Below, piece after piece: positions 38,622 through 51,660 of a DNA stretch of 64,000 nucleotides. Both the position numbers and the translations under genes were made by a program. Numbering within the stretch: position 1 is the first letter of the stretch; each line of letters begins with the position of its first letter. The stretch is from the NCBI GenBank assembly GCA_010093705.1, contig MU006094.1, positions 1,091,550 through 1,155,549 of the forward strand, given 5' to 3'. Source of the DNA: Patellaria atrata CBS 101060. Lineage: Eukaryota. A model generated the notes under the pieces. The model was not told the origin of the DNA, ran no database searches, and saw only the letters and a program-made list of their open reading frames with translations.

Positions 38622-41022
38622 AAGTCTCCTGGGAAGGACCTCTGACAAAAGGGCGAGAATGGCGTACAGTGCAGACCATCCCAAAGAGAATAAAGGACAG
38701 AAAAACAACTCGAAGGATGTGAGCGGGGTGCTATGGCTGTCCAAATAGATTGATGTGAGCAGTCCCGCCTCAATAGGGCTGTATACGGAATCCATCCGTA
38801 TATTCTTAACGACTGGAGTGGGCAGAAGCACATATACAACCATTCGGTCGATTCTGCTCGTGAATTCGAGATAATAAACGGGATAGTTTTATCTTCAAAA
38901 GTTTCGAGCAGAGACCGAGCAGATATTGAATTCTGGTAATTTGACCCCTTAATGAATTGCGGAGGATCGGTCAAGCATGGTTGGATATACTGTAAGCATT
39001 TACTAACATCGATCCTATTTACGGTAGGGGTGTGGGAATAAACACTTGATATCAGTTAGCTATAATCAAGCATTGACAATGTGGATACAGGTACTTAGCA
39101 AAGGCGGAAAGCCACTCATGTTGCATATTTTACCAGTACGCGAGCAAATATGGCTATTATACAGAGAATAGACGGGGGAAATAAATGTGAGAAACCAATG
39201 ACGTTGCTAGTGCGATGCGTAATTTCCATAAATGGAAGTGGTTTCATTTACGTCCGAACCTTAATCAAACGCCATCTTTCCCCCAACATAGAACCATCTT
39301 GACGTCCTGACAACTTCCTCAGGAACCCCTAGTCACAGCCTGCGGATACTGTATTATCCTTTTCGACTCTTTGAAGATGAAAACAAGGAGGTTGTGCAAT
39401 GTTAGGAATGTGTTCTGCTTTCTAAACCTGACTAACAAGTAATTGGCAGTGTGACGACGTGTGTGCAAGCTCAATATCTCGGTTGATAGATCGATCACGG
39501 TGATATGGATTCGACATGGGCCTCTTATGATGTGCCGTATATGAAGAGGTCAAGATGAATATCCACGGAATGTCCTCCGGTGTTCGCTATCGCTATGCCC
39601 AGCGGAAACCCCACCCAAGGAGTTCGAGCTTTAAGCGTCGCTAAACACGTTTTCGGAAGAGCTTGGAGATTGAAAACCAACGCCTCGGAAGTTTAAGAGA
39701 TCCACCGTAGGGCTAATTTGATGCAGTTGTACTGATATACTCATCGGCACAATGCCGGTAATACGAGTATTAATAACTTATCCGGGAACCGCTCCTATGG
39801 AAACCCCTTCCTATACAGCCCCAACCAACGACGATGTCAACGAATGACACCCGTGAAACCGTTCGGCATATTTCCGTTGGCTGTGCTTATGCTGGAATCT
39901 ACGTATCGATCTTTCCTGACGTAGAATGGCGTCGTGGGGGAGGTCTGCCCTAAAACTGGGCAAGGGAGAACGGCTGACACTATTGTAAATATCTAAGTCA
40001 ACAGCCTTTTCTGCACTCATGATGCTATTTCTTAACTGTCCATCACACTGTCCGTGAATATCCCGAATATCTACTAGGTGTTAGACGTCTATATTCGAAG
40101 CCTACTCAACGGCCATTCTCTATACCTCAAAGACAACATACGCGTCCCTTTGTTCCACGGAATAGCGTCATCAGTAACTACTGGGGGCCGACTCTCTATG
40201 TGCATACACGTCTTTCAAGTTGACAGAGTCGTTTATAGATTATATTAGGGCTTTTTCTCTTTCTACCGGATGTGATTAGAGAAACCCTTACGCAGTCTCT
40301 ATGACCGGAGAATCGAATACCGACATTACTATGCTACTGCCAAACTAATTGCATCTATACTCAAAGTTAGTAGCTGTGGCGATTACTTCCTTAATCAAGA
40401 GAGACGGAGCCTTATCTAGACAAATTCTTCAGCATAGTGTTTAATTGATGTTTTTCAGATATCAGGCTCACGCGTCATCTTTCTTATTCAGACCAACCTA
40501 TGGAATACAGGATTGTCGATATCGCACGACCCATCTGGACTGTAAGACTTTCCATTGTGTGTGAGAACCTCGTACCTTCTACTTCATGTTCTCCTCCCAT
40601 TCTCCTCTTCAATTACGATTCATCCGTAAAGTAACGTATTTCCGCTAGTGGGGGAAGGAGAGACTCTTCCTGAGGTCTTGTCATTGCGCGCCGTCTAAAC
40701 AGTTACTATCGATATCGGGTTTCCCAGGTCTTAGTGAGGCACTTTCTGATCATACTCACTGTCAGGTGAGACATTCATGATTTTTGTCACTACACAATGT
40801 TTACATTACTTCCATCTCCACGTAACCCAATAAAAGAACTAATTAAGACAGTCATGAGATTCCTATGTGCACATGAAGGACTTAGTGACTCTCTGCCAAG
40901 GAACCTTGCGAGGTCTACTTAAATCGTCCATGCGTGCGTCCAACTTCCTAATCTTTCTCTAACCTCCACCAACCTCGTTGATAGTAAAATCAGTACAATA
41001 CCAAGTTCCTATCATATATACC

Positions 41023-42459
41023 ATGGCTCTAGGGAAACTGGGACGTTGGGGTATCATCCCCAGCGCGATTCTTATACTCTTTATTCTCGTCCTTCAGTCA
41101 TCCAAATATCTTGTTCGTCTGCAAGATCACACCGTCGACGATTCGGTTTCTAGAGAATTGGACGCTATCATTAGGGACCCTGACCCTGCGAATCTGCACA
41201 AGGAAGCTTTCCGTGGCGTCGGCCTTCTGCGGGTCCCTTATAAGGGAGTGCCATCTTCCCTCAATACCGAAGTTAACTCATGGACCTCCTCTATCAACAA
41301 CTTGACGACAACGAAAACGGTTCTGCATACTAGAGATCCACTTCCACTTCCCAAACCGGCTAGCGATGAATTGTGGGCCAAGTTCCAGCGTAAAGGTTGT
41401 TCCGTTATCCGTTTTATGGACATGAGTCTCGAAGAAGCTCAAGCGAATGCTCAGTCGGGAACTGCTCAGAGCCCCTGGACTAACACAGATGCCTTAGACA
41501 ATTGGGGATGGGAGGGTCGCCCTTACTTCCCCGCACCATTGAAGTTCGGTGCTGGTGATTCAAATTCATACCTGCATATCCAATCTGCAATTGAGTCCTT
41601 AGACCTGGATGCTACGGAAGCGAAAGATGCACAGGCTTCCAAGAACTGGTTGAGGAGGTTAGTTCATAACAAGGTCAAGACTGTGGATCGAGTTGAGTAT
41701 CCGGTACGTAATTCATTGATCTACGTTCGAAGTCTCAATAGTGTAACGCCTGAACTTTCTCAAACCGCCACTCCCAATGCATTCTCAAATCCCTGAATGC
41801 GCTACGCTAAAACTCTCACTCGCCCCCAATACTGAAGCTAATTTGTCTTATAGGCTACCACTGGCTATTTCATCAACATCTATAACACCGCCCAGGGCGC
41901 TATCTATGCTCTGTCTAACTACTCTCCCGCTTTTATGAAGGGTATGGATCCAGACCTCGCCGAAGCGCCCATTATCAAGCTTAAACAATGGTCCGATGTT
42001 ACTTTCCTGACCTACTCCCTTATGGCCAAGGCACAAAACAATCCAGTTAACAAACTCCGCCATATTTTCCGCCATAACATTGCCACCCTCGAGACCCGCG
42101 AGACAATCCGTCGTGCCTTGGAGCAGGAGTATCAAGTCAGCCAACCTAGTGCTTGGCCGGGTCAGAAGTTCAACGGGGAACACGTAGAGGCCTTCAATGC
42201 CATGATGGGTACGCCGCATGGGTCTGCCGCTGCATTCGTCGCTGCACAGCACAAGCAACAGCTTGGTCTCAAGAGAGTCAATGAGGTTACGATCTTCAGG
42301 GATAGTAGCGAGAACAGGGGCTGGCATCTTGTCTTTACTTTTGAGGACTTTGGTAAGTATTTCCTCTACACATTCTTTCCTCTTCCTATCAACATGTCTC
42401 CTTTCATCCTTTTTTGCGTTCTTAACTAGAATCTTACTGACTCTCTTCAAGGTACATAA
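41023..42459 (+). CDS. Uncharacterised fungal secreted/anchored protein; exons 41023-41703, 41854-42352, 42452-42459
   Basis: N-terminal hydrophobic helix; C-terminal LKQWSDV..IFRHNI..T..AMMGTPHG..QHKQQLG pattern that I recall from ascomycete hypothetical proteins. Introns keep frame. Confidence 0.7.
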
Positions 42460-43393
42460 ACATATTCATGTCTCTTCGGTCTTCTAGGGAGAGTTGAATT
42501 GAAGAACATTCTCTCATGTTCTATCTCATCAGATATCCTTTACTTAGAGTCCCTCGGCCTGGTGTTGTATTATTTGTATCCAAATCGGTAGCACTACGGG
42601 TGGAGTTGTGGAGTTTCGAGTGGTCTCAGCATTGTGCGATGATAGTAGGGTTTGTTATTCTGTTAATGGGGTCCGGGTTGCGATAACTATCTTGTCCATA
42701 TGCGCCCCTGAATAGTAAAATCATAAAACAATAACGATATGATGATGCTGATATTCTAAGTGTTTCCGGTGATGTCATACAAAGGATCTCCTAACAAAGT
42801 TTTATCAAGGAAAAAACAGATCAATGTTCTCATAGTGTTGTTGAACCACAACCCATCGCCTCATTTTCGAAGAATTTTGGCGAGATATTGTCGTGGACCG
42901 CTCTCCTCTATCGCCGCGACCTTCGATAATTGATGCAGTTTAGTCAAGAATCCAGAACACATTTATGAAGAGGGATATACTAGTTTAGAAATATTTGCGC
43001 CGACCAGATCCTCGGGATTCCAAATTCAAAAATACACGGATTGGAAACATCAGACCAATAGGCTGGCATAGTGAGTTACTAAGAGCAAGATGTGGATTTC
43101 TGAAGTATGTTTATGTTCAAAGCAAGTAATAACTTATTAGAAACTATTCCGTTTCGCAGCATAAACGATCATCGCAACGAAGAAAAGCGGGCTCCGAATA
43201 ATAATACCCATTAAGGAGTGTCTAAGCTAAGTCATATCTAAAGTCACAATATCGTACGCGCCTACCAAAATGCAAGAATCCCAAACACCTCTATGATGCA
43301 AACCAACCGCCTCCATGCCAAACAATGTCCTAAGTCAAAAAGAATGTCAAACCGCGCTATGCTGCCAAAGTATCTACCCATCCGTCAACAACC

Positions 43394-44206
43394 TTAGTTG
43401 CGATAAGAACCCTCGCCAACGGGGAAGCACTGCACGTTGTCCAACGTGTTAGGGATAGCCTGCGTATGATCGCCGTCCAAGTCGACAAAACCAACGTTAC
43501 CATCATACTTGAACACGTTCTCGTTGATGTCCTGGAAGTAGCAGTCCGCAACTCCCGCGTTGAGGGCACCGGACGAAGCGACAGCCAACCCGTTGACGAG
43601 GATGGGGGAGACATTGGCGCCGCGGAGGACGGCGGGGAGGACGCGCTTGTCGCCGTCGATGGGAATGTCGGCGACGTCGTTCAGGCCGAGAATATCGTTG
43701 GAGAGGTTGATGGAGACAATATCCGAGTCTTGACGCTTGGTGCGAGTGTAGGATGTGCTCCAGCACTCGGCGTATGCGGCGGCGCCGCTGAGGTCGACGG
43801 GGATGCATTGGCCGGCGACGTTGTCGAGGTCGGCGGATTGGCCGTTAGAGAGGAGGCCGACGAGGATGCCGGCGCTATTGGTGATGGCGCAGGTGACGCC
43901 GTCGATGCCGCCCGTGTTGAAGGACGCGAAGCAACCTTGGAAGTTGTTGTTCTGGGTCAGCTCGAAGCCGGTGTTGGCCCAGCCGTCGTTGATCAGGACT
44001 GGGCCGCCGTTGACGGTGAGGGGGGTGTTGTTGACGTTGTCATTAGGGGCGTTGGCGCCGGTGAGGTCGTTGGAGAGGTTGATGGCAACTGGAGCACCGT
44101 CGACGGGGGCCTGACGGCGGAAAGCGGCGCGCCTGGAGGGAGCGGCGGAGACGGTGGAGCCCATGAGGAGGGCGGAGACGGTTGCGAGAGCCAGGGTGGA
44201 ATGCAT
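43394..44206 (-). CDS. Secreted protein with two homologous domains separated by Kex2-like sites
   Basis: Signal peptide MHSTLALATVSALLMGSTVSA; RR|Q and KR|Q each precede a domain with INLSND..G.N ... C ... DLD....IP..L...C. Intronless and GC-rich. Confidence 0.8.
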   Translation of the reverse strand: MHSTLALATVSALLMGSTVSAAPSRRAAFRRQAPVDGAPVAINLSNDLTGANAPNDNVNNTPLTVNGGPVLINDGWANTGFELTQNNNFQGCFASFNTGGIDGVTCAITNSAGILVGLLSNGQSADLDNVAGQCIPVDLSGAAAYAECWSTSYTRTKRQDSDIVSINLSNDILGLNDVADIPIDGDKRVLPAVLRGANVSPILVNGLAVASSGALNAGVADCYFQDINENVFKYDGNVGFVDLDGDHTQAIPNTLDNVQCFPVGEGSYRN

Positions 44207-46402
44207 TTTGGATAGATTTTCTAGTATTTTCTGATATAAATCAAGGAAATAACAAAGGAAATACAAAGGAAAAAAAGGAAAAAAAGAAGAAATTGATAGC
44301 TTGTTGGTTTGTTGTGTTGTTGTTTGGTGATGATGGAAAAAGATACTTTAGTACGATGAGAGAGTGGACTTTATACCTTTTCGTCGACCATAACGTCGCA
44401 TACAGTTTCTGATCACCACGGTACTCAGCCATGAGGGAGTAATATCGTGTCTTAGGCGAGTAGCACCTTACTCAGGTCGTCTGTTGTGCTAGCTGAGAAT
44501 CGGAGTAATCATCCCGACTCATTGATTCCATTGTCCTCGAGTGAGACGAGTTGCTGATTGGTCCCGTTGCATCTCGAAGCAGTCAGCATAGGCCTAAGTG
44601 CTCAACTTTGTCAGCAAAAAAGTGAATATGCAGTTAGAGTCGTAGTGAGGTCTTTGATCTTGGTGGAGGCCTTGCTCGGAGTTCGGGTGGCTCAGTAGGA
44701 ACTTTACAAGTGTGGAGGTGGCGGAGTGGAAATCAACTCCATATGGCCAACCTAAGGACTCTTGGCAGTTAGAAATCAACCTAATTATAGAATATGCTTA
44801 TAAGCTAACTTTAAGCTTAATCACAGCTCTGGAATCCTTAATCTTACGACTGCAACGTTTGTAGTACTGTAGTTGGACCCCAAAGCCACTCGACTGTCTC
44901 TGCGTAGTAGCTGAAGCTTCAACTCTGGTCGGATTACTGCGGATCAATCCGAACTGAGGGAGGACTATATGACCATTCTTGGTACTGTCTCAGCCTGGGA
45001 GCTTTCTTACTCAAAATTCTCTGCTCTGGATGTTAAGGCTAGCCAGTGCTACGGAATGCTGCAAATGCTGTTCATCAATGCTGCCGGTTTCTCTTTAAGA
45101 TCTCTTTGGAGAAAGATTATATGCGAGACTGCGGGTGTACTCAGTAAGGGTTACTTAAGGTATGGAATGTGTTATTCGGATATCGGCGGTAATGACCTTC
45201 TTTCATGCTAGATTGACACGAGATGAAAGAATAGCTCCACCACTTTGAATTCTCTAGAACAAACTTCCAAGGATCTCGTGTTCCCGAACCATGAAAACCG
45301 ATACCAACGTATCTGTTCTGAAAGGATATGTTCGACAAATGAGCCGCCGCTATGAAAACGGCGCCCAGATGTATGGCTTACTGTGCCTCCACTTCATCGT
45401 GACCTATAGATAGTCTGGAACTTATTTTTACTTTGTGGTTGCACGTTTTCAACGTGCTAATGGGGCACATACTTTATCTTTTTGATCACCGGATATATCT
45501 CCTTATGCAATATGCTGATTGGCCCCCTGTAACGGAGTCAACCCGTATCAATTTTTGAGTAAGAATCCTTTACTCTCAGCAGGCAGCCAGAGCGTGCTTC
45601 GAAGATAAAGCTTGCAGTGCACCCGGGGTGACCTAGGAATCCCCATTATCCTCGACGTGTTAGGTTCACAACACCAATCACACTGCAGTTACTCGGAGTT
45701 GAGACTTTGTCCGGGGGGAACGTTTTGAAACTTGACGACAGCTGGCGTCGGTTTCATGAATGGATCTGGGTTCTACCCAAAGCAACATACCTATTCTGAC
45801 GAAAGATAATTCGTTGGAGAGCCAAGTCATTTCTACGATAACGGAAACGAAATTGAGAGCACCCATCGTTTCTTCGTCCGAGTAGTCCGTAAGCCCTTCC
45901 CACACGTTTAGCTGCCATTCGTGTCTAATGCCGTCGCTAGCCTCTTCAAATGTTCTGAACCATTAACCCGAGGAAGATGCAGTCATCAGTGCCGCGAATT
46001 CCTGACATTCTCTTCACGTCTCTGATTGAGAGGATGTCCTCGTGTAATGAAGAATAACCTTTGCATACCTACCGCTTTCCCTTATAGAAACCGAAATGAC
46101 CTAGATATCGAGTTATTCCATTGCTTCCGCTGTCATGGAGAGACTTCCGGCAAAGTAGAAATAGACAAAGTAAACTGAAGAAGAGAAAAGAACGTTTCCA
46201 AAAGCAAAAGTTTGGTTTTCGGTGCAGACTGTTACATTAGACTCATGCTCAACGCACCATTACTGCAAGTGCGAACCCGCATGTCGTCATCTCTCATTTA
46301 TCATCAGTTGCTGCTCTACTTACATGTCTATGCATAGGTTCACCAATATTTCAACCGGACTTGATTGCTAACATACGCATAGGCGATAAATATGGCGTAG
46401 GA

Positions 46403-48523
46403 TTAAGCATCCAAGTTGAGGTTTTCTAATAGCGCCTCAATCTTTCCCAGCAGAATCCGGTAATTCATTGCGTCTTCAGCGAACTCATCGTCAACAATGT
46501 CGCCGTCGATGGTACGGATGACGCCTTGAAAGTCGTCTGTAATTTGTAGACCGTTTGTTCTGGATGTTTGCCCGTTAGTAGTCGGTAAGCTAGACAAGAC
46601 ATCAACGCCTCCGTCATCCGTAATCTTCAGGTTGGATATATCTACAGGTTCATCGGAAGAGGAGGTAGCAAAGTTAGGATTGGCAGGGTTGAATTCCTCA
46701 TCCATCATCTCGTCAAGACCAGCATCTTCAAAGCGGAGCCGAAAGCGTTCAGAGAGGTAATAGCGAATACTACTCACAGTTAGAACCGTAGTCAGCTAAA
46801 CAAATATCTGATAAAATATTTGGACCTACTCGTCAATCAGCTCAACTGTGTCAGTCTCTTGTCGATGCTTGATGCGATTCGCACTCTCCCTGACTAGTTT
46901 CGCAAACTCTTCTTCATCAATATATCGTTCTAGTCGGTATGCGAGATATCTGGCACCAAATTCTTCTAATCGGTGCACTCTGGTATCCCATCCTGCTCGT
47001 ACCACGTCATAAATATCGATAATCTCCTCTATTCCGGTCTCTCCTCTCGGATTCTCTGCTTCTACAACTGATGCACTACCATTACCTAAGGTAGAGATGA
47101 TCACGGCAGCCTTCTGTTTCAGTTTCTCAATAAAAAGTAGATCCGCGGCGAAGAGAACGTCAATAGCTATATCTAGAGGAAATTCTGCTTTCTCCGTGTA
47201 TAGAAAATTTAGAATAACCTCTAGAACCTCTGGTGAACAATCAACAGGAATGATCTGTAAGTGGTCCGTTTCTTGAGCTTCTCTAAATCCAGACGAGAAC
47301 ATGGTAAGAAAGAACTCGGAACGCAACAGCATTGCGCGATGTACCGGGAACAAAACCGATTTCCTCGGTTTCCTTAACCTTGAGGGGGTTTGCAACTTAG
47401 CCATAGGTCCGATTGGAATACCATTGAGTGGCCCAAGAGTGTTCCTGACTACTGGCTGCGTAGCCAGGGTCTTTTTCTCATCTTCCTCTACTATATCTTC
47501 ATCGGCCCGCAAGAGGACGTCGGAAAATATTGCATTCTTTCTATCCCAACGCACACTGTTCACTTTATCCGAGTCTATATCAACCTTATGTTTTAAAATG
47601 TTGGTTCTATACCAATTTTCAAGCTGACCTCTACCGCGGTTTACCTCCTCTGTACGCCGCTGACGGCTGAGTCTACGATCACCACCTTCTAGAATATTTT
47701 CGAACAATCTTTCAGTCTCCAATTGCCTACTCAATCGATCTATTCCAGTGAGTATTTCTTGTTCTTCCTCACCATCACCAAGATCCACTGACACTTCGCC
47801 TAGGTATAGATGTCGAATCGCCACCCGAAACGACTCAGCCGGTAATGTATTTGGTAATCTCCAAGTATTTATTCCTGGTGCTGCCGCTAGTTTCTTTGCG
47901 AAATACGGTGACCTCGCTGAAAGTATGAATTTATGTAAATTGAAGGATTCATGGGCGGTGACGATGGATATGTCGGATGTCTTAGGATGTTCTAGAGACA
48001 ATAAGGATGTAATATGAGCTGCAAGAGGTTGTAGAGGGTCGGTGGACTTCGAATAGTCGTACGAGAGTAGGAGGTTACGGATACGATCGTTCAAAGCATT
48101 GTAAAGACAACGTTCTCCTTGGAAGGTATCACGTTCACAAAGCGCACCAGCCTCTAAAAGGAGCTGTACTACTTCATAATGCCCACAAAGACTAGCCTTG
48201 CATGTAGAACAGTCAGCGCATCCTTTCGTATCGCCAATGCGAGGACCGTTGTGTCGTATCGTCTGGTGTCACTGAGCACGGTTTAACGAAAGAGGACCTA
48301 CCAAGATAAGCGGCGTGTAATCAAATTTGTCCCTAGCATTAATATTCACACCTTCAGTAATCTTCTCCTGGCAGGTTTTGAGATCTCCCTTTCTACAAGC
48401 GTGACAAAATTCCGCGAAACTGGGACTGAGATCTAAGGGGTTATCATCCTTGAGTTTACCAGCAGCAATGTCTTGCTTTTCAGCATGTAAGGCCTCTTCG
48501 ATGTCGTATTTTTTGAAAACCAT
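46403..48523 (-). CDS. Ankyrin-repeat + tandem BTB/POZ protein (ABTB1/Btb3-like Cul3 adaptor); exons 48523-48302, 48196-46830, 46769-46403
   Basis: ACRKGDL..INARDKFDYTPLILASLCGH ankyrin repeats; two BTB cores FNLHKFILSARSPYF and FPVHRAMLLRSEFF..FLYTE. Confidence 0.9.
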
Positions 48524-48857
48524 TATGATAGGAACAGTGAATAAAAGGAATTGAAAGGTAGAGTGGAAAGAAGTAAACGGAGTGGCAATTATTCAATATT
48601 TGATGTAGGAGTTATCGGAAATAAATATCTTATCTAATCGTGATGTGGCTTTGAGGGTCTAAACCAAGGATGGTGTAGCGTTGGTTGGCTGTGTTGCCCT
48701 GGACAACGTCTGCAAATCAACACAACTTTAACCGCTGGTACTGTACCTTGCTTACTTGAACCTACAACATTACACCTACGTACACTTTTCTCGCAACCTT
48801 TACTATGCGCAAATAATAGTAATTGACTAACACAGATACTTCTCTACATATACAAAG

Positions 48858-51242
48858 ATGACAGACGAAGATAAGTACGAAGTTCTGGAAAAGATTGGTG
48901 GGTGTTCCTCTCATCCCATTCAGAGTAACAATTACTAATTGGGTGTAGGACATGGTTCCTTTGGTATCATACGCAAAGTACGAAGAAAGTCGGATGGCTA
49001 CGTAAGATCCAGTCCCAAACAATTGCTTCCCCATCCTAACATCATGTTCAGATATTATGCCGCAAAGAGATTAGTTATGTCCGAATGTCGCAAAAGGAAC
49101 GTGAACAATTGCACGCCGAATTATCTATTCTCAAAGAGCTCCGCCACCCAAACATTGTTGCATACTACGAGCGCGAACACTTAAAAGCATCACAAGATTT
49201 GCATCTCTATATGGAATACTGCGGGAATGGTGATCTTGGTCAACTGATCAAGAATCTCAAAGTTAAAAATCAATATGCAGAGGAAGCTTTCGTCTGGAAT
49301 GTGTTTTCCCAGCTGGTGACCGCACTGTACAGATGTCATTATGGCGAGAATGCTCCAGAGCCTGGTGCTAGGATTATGGGGTTGGGCAACAATGCGAAGC
49401 CTTCCAAGAAAAATGTCAATTACATGATCCTTCATAGGGATCTTAAACCTGAGAATGGTCAGTATTCACCAGACGCCCGAAGACTGACCCTTGATTCTAA
49501 TGCTCCTTTTAGTGTTTCTAGGCGAGGACAATTCAGTCAAACTTGGTGACTTTGGTCTTTCCAAGATTCTAGCATCCCACGATTTCGCTTCAACATACGT
49601 TGGTACACCATTTTATATGTCCCCAGAAATTTGTCAAGCAGAACGATACACTCTCCAATCAGATATATGGTCGCTTGGATGCATCATTTATGAACTTTGC
49701 GTGAAGGAACCGCCCTTCAATGCACGGACCCACCTAGAGCTAGTTCAGAAGATTCGAGCTGGCAGGGTGGATCGCAAACTTCCATCCTGCTACTCACAGG
49801 AGCTTCAGAAGGTCGTCGATAGTTGCCTTAAAGTCGATTCACGCTCTCGTCCAGACACTGCGCAACTGCTCAACCTACCAATCGTCAAGCTCATGCGGAA
49901 AGAGGAAGAAGTTGTTCGTCTTGGCCAGAAGTTGAAGAAGGACCAGGAAGTTGCAGAGACCATGATACGAGAGGCGAATGAAAAAGTAGGGAGGTTTGAG
50001 ACAGAGAAAGAGATGATCCGTGAACAGGTCACTAAGGAGATAGATGCAATGCTTCGACGTGAGTGGGAGGTCAAAGCACGATTGGAAATCGACCGTCAAG
50101 TCTCAGCGGAGGTCGAACGCCTTCGAAAGATGTTTGATACAGAGCTGAGCAAACGTTTGGCGGAAGAGACCGAGAAGATCAAAGCATCAATGGCTACCGA
50201 GCCCGAACAGCCAGAAAGGTCATCAACCCCCACCCATGACTATCTACATCCTGGAGCATCTACGAGCACATCTGGAGAACCATCAGATTGCCCGTCCACT
50301 ACAGATCTTAGCGAACTATCTTTAGATTCCCCCGTGATACGACAAGCAAAGCCTCCTAAGAGGAGTACACGTACACCGTTTGCTCGTGCGCAGACTATGT
50401 TTGCCGCACAAGTTGCCCCTTCGCCGATGGACGTACATATGTCCTCACCTTCGCCTGTTTCAAAGTCTATCGCAGGACTATCGCTCTCACCGAGACGTCA
50501 TGAGGGTGAACGAGGTGAAACTTCGTCAGATCTGTTTCAACAGCCACCACCTCGCTTGGCGGCTAGAAACATATTCGCAGCTGCAAATGCACCAGAAAGA
50601 AAATGGGAACCAACGAATGCTTCCGATGTAGATGGCCTGGATGCCGATGTTGAGGACGACGATGATGATATTTTACCTGCCCTACCAAGTCCCACACGCA
50701 TAAAGATGGAAAATGACCCCTTTAAGGTGCTTGCTACTACTAGGCCAGGATTCTCAAGACAAAAGACACTTCCTCAGCGCCTTGGGAGTACCCCTCACCT
50801 TTTCGCTCCATCCAGCCAGCAAGTCGCAGCACCTAGGATGAAACAACAGAGCGTGGTCCCTGTGGTAAGTCCCGGAAGGCGGAAAAATAAGACGTTGGGT
50901 CCAGTTGAGGCGACAAGCCCAACTCGCAAAGAGCTACTGAAACCCAGACAGGGAAATGCTTTCAAGAGCAAAGTTGGCATGTTAGATAAAGATCCAATGC
51001 TCCGGGCTGCTATGCGAAACAACCAAGTCCAAGGCCGGACGTTAATTGAGTTGGCGCAAGCACGTACAGCATCTTCAATTTCTCAGGACCATGTTGATAG
51101 TGACACAGAGAAAAAGAGCTTCGGCAGTGTCGGAAAGGAGATCGGGTTCGCAGCGAACGTTGCGACATGGGATCCAGAGACAGATGAGATGCCGAGTCCC
51201 TTCTTAAAGAGGACGAGAGATATGAGGACAATCGTGAGATGA
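48858..51242 (+). CDS. nimA: G2-specific NIMA protein kinase; exons 48858-48897, 48949-49001, 49052-49457, 49513-51242
   Basis: DKYEVLEKIGHGSFGIIRKV..LCRKEISY..MSQKEREQLHAE..HRDLKPEN..DFGLSK..SHDFASTYVGTPFYMSPE, coiled coil, C-terminal GRTLIELAQAR and WDPETDEMPSPF. Confidence 0.96.
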
Positions 51243-51660
51243 TTACTACAGTAATACTTGGCTATATGTGTTATGGATTGGATGTTTTGGCACGACCGCC
51301 TTCCCTATGTTGCGGGTTTGTACGGCACGTTAGGCGTTTTGGTGTTGGAAAAAGGGCTTTGGAGGCCGTACTGGTATATGGAGCGCCCTTCCATGACTAT
51401 AAATGTATATATGGTACGAAAATTAAGAATTCATCAATTAGTTGTATTTTGGTTCGCCGTACTGTACTCTGCTCAGCCCTATTACGGTGGAACTTCAATA
51501 TTCCCGTACGCGCACGGGCCAATGTATTTTCTAGCACAAGCAAACAAACGGAACCTGTACGGTCAACATCAACAACCCATACGCTACCTTGAGTACACAA
51601 CCCCCATTACCTTTCACCCACCAAATTCCTTTAGTGTTAAATACTTTTATACCCTTCATA

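Noticed and set aside
43466..44215. 249-aa plus-strand ORF, and similar antisense ORFs at 15325-16005, 27332-27955, 27930-28598, 41848-42450 and 62793-63440
   Set aside because: Shadow frames of real genes on the opposite strand, with no family motifs.
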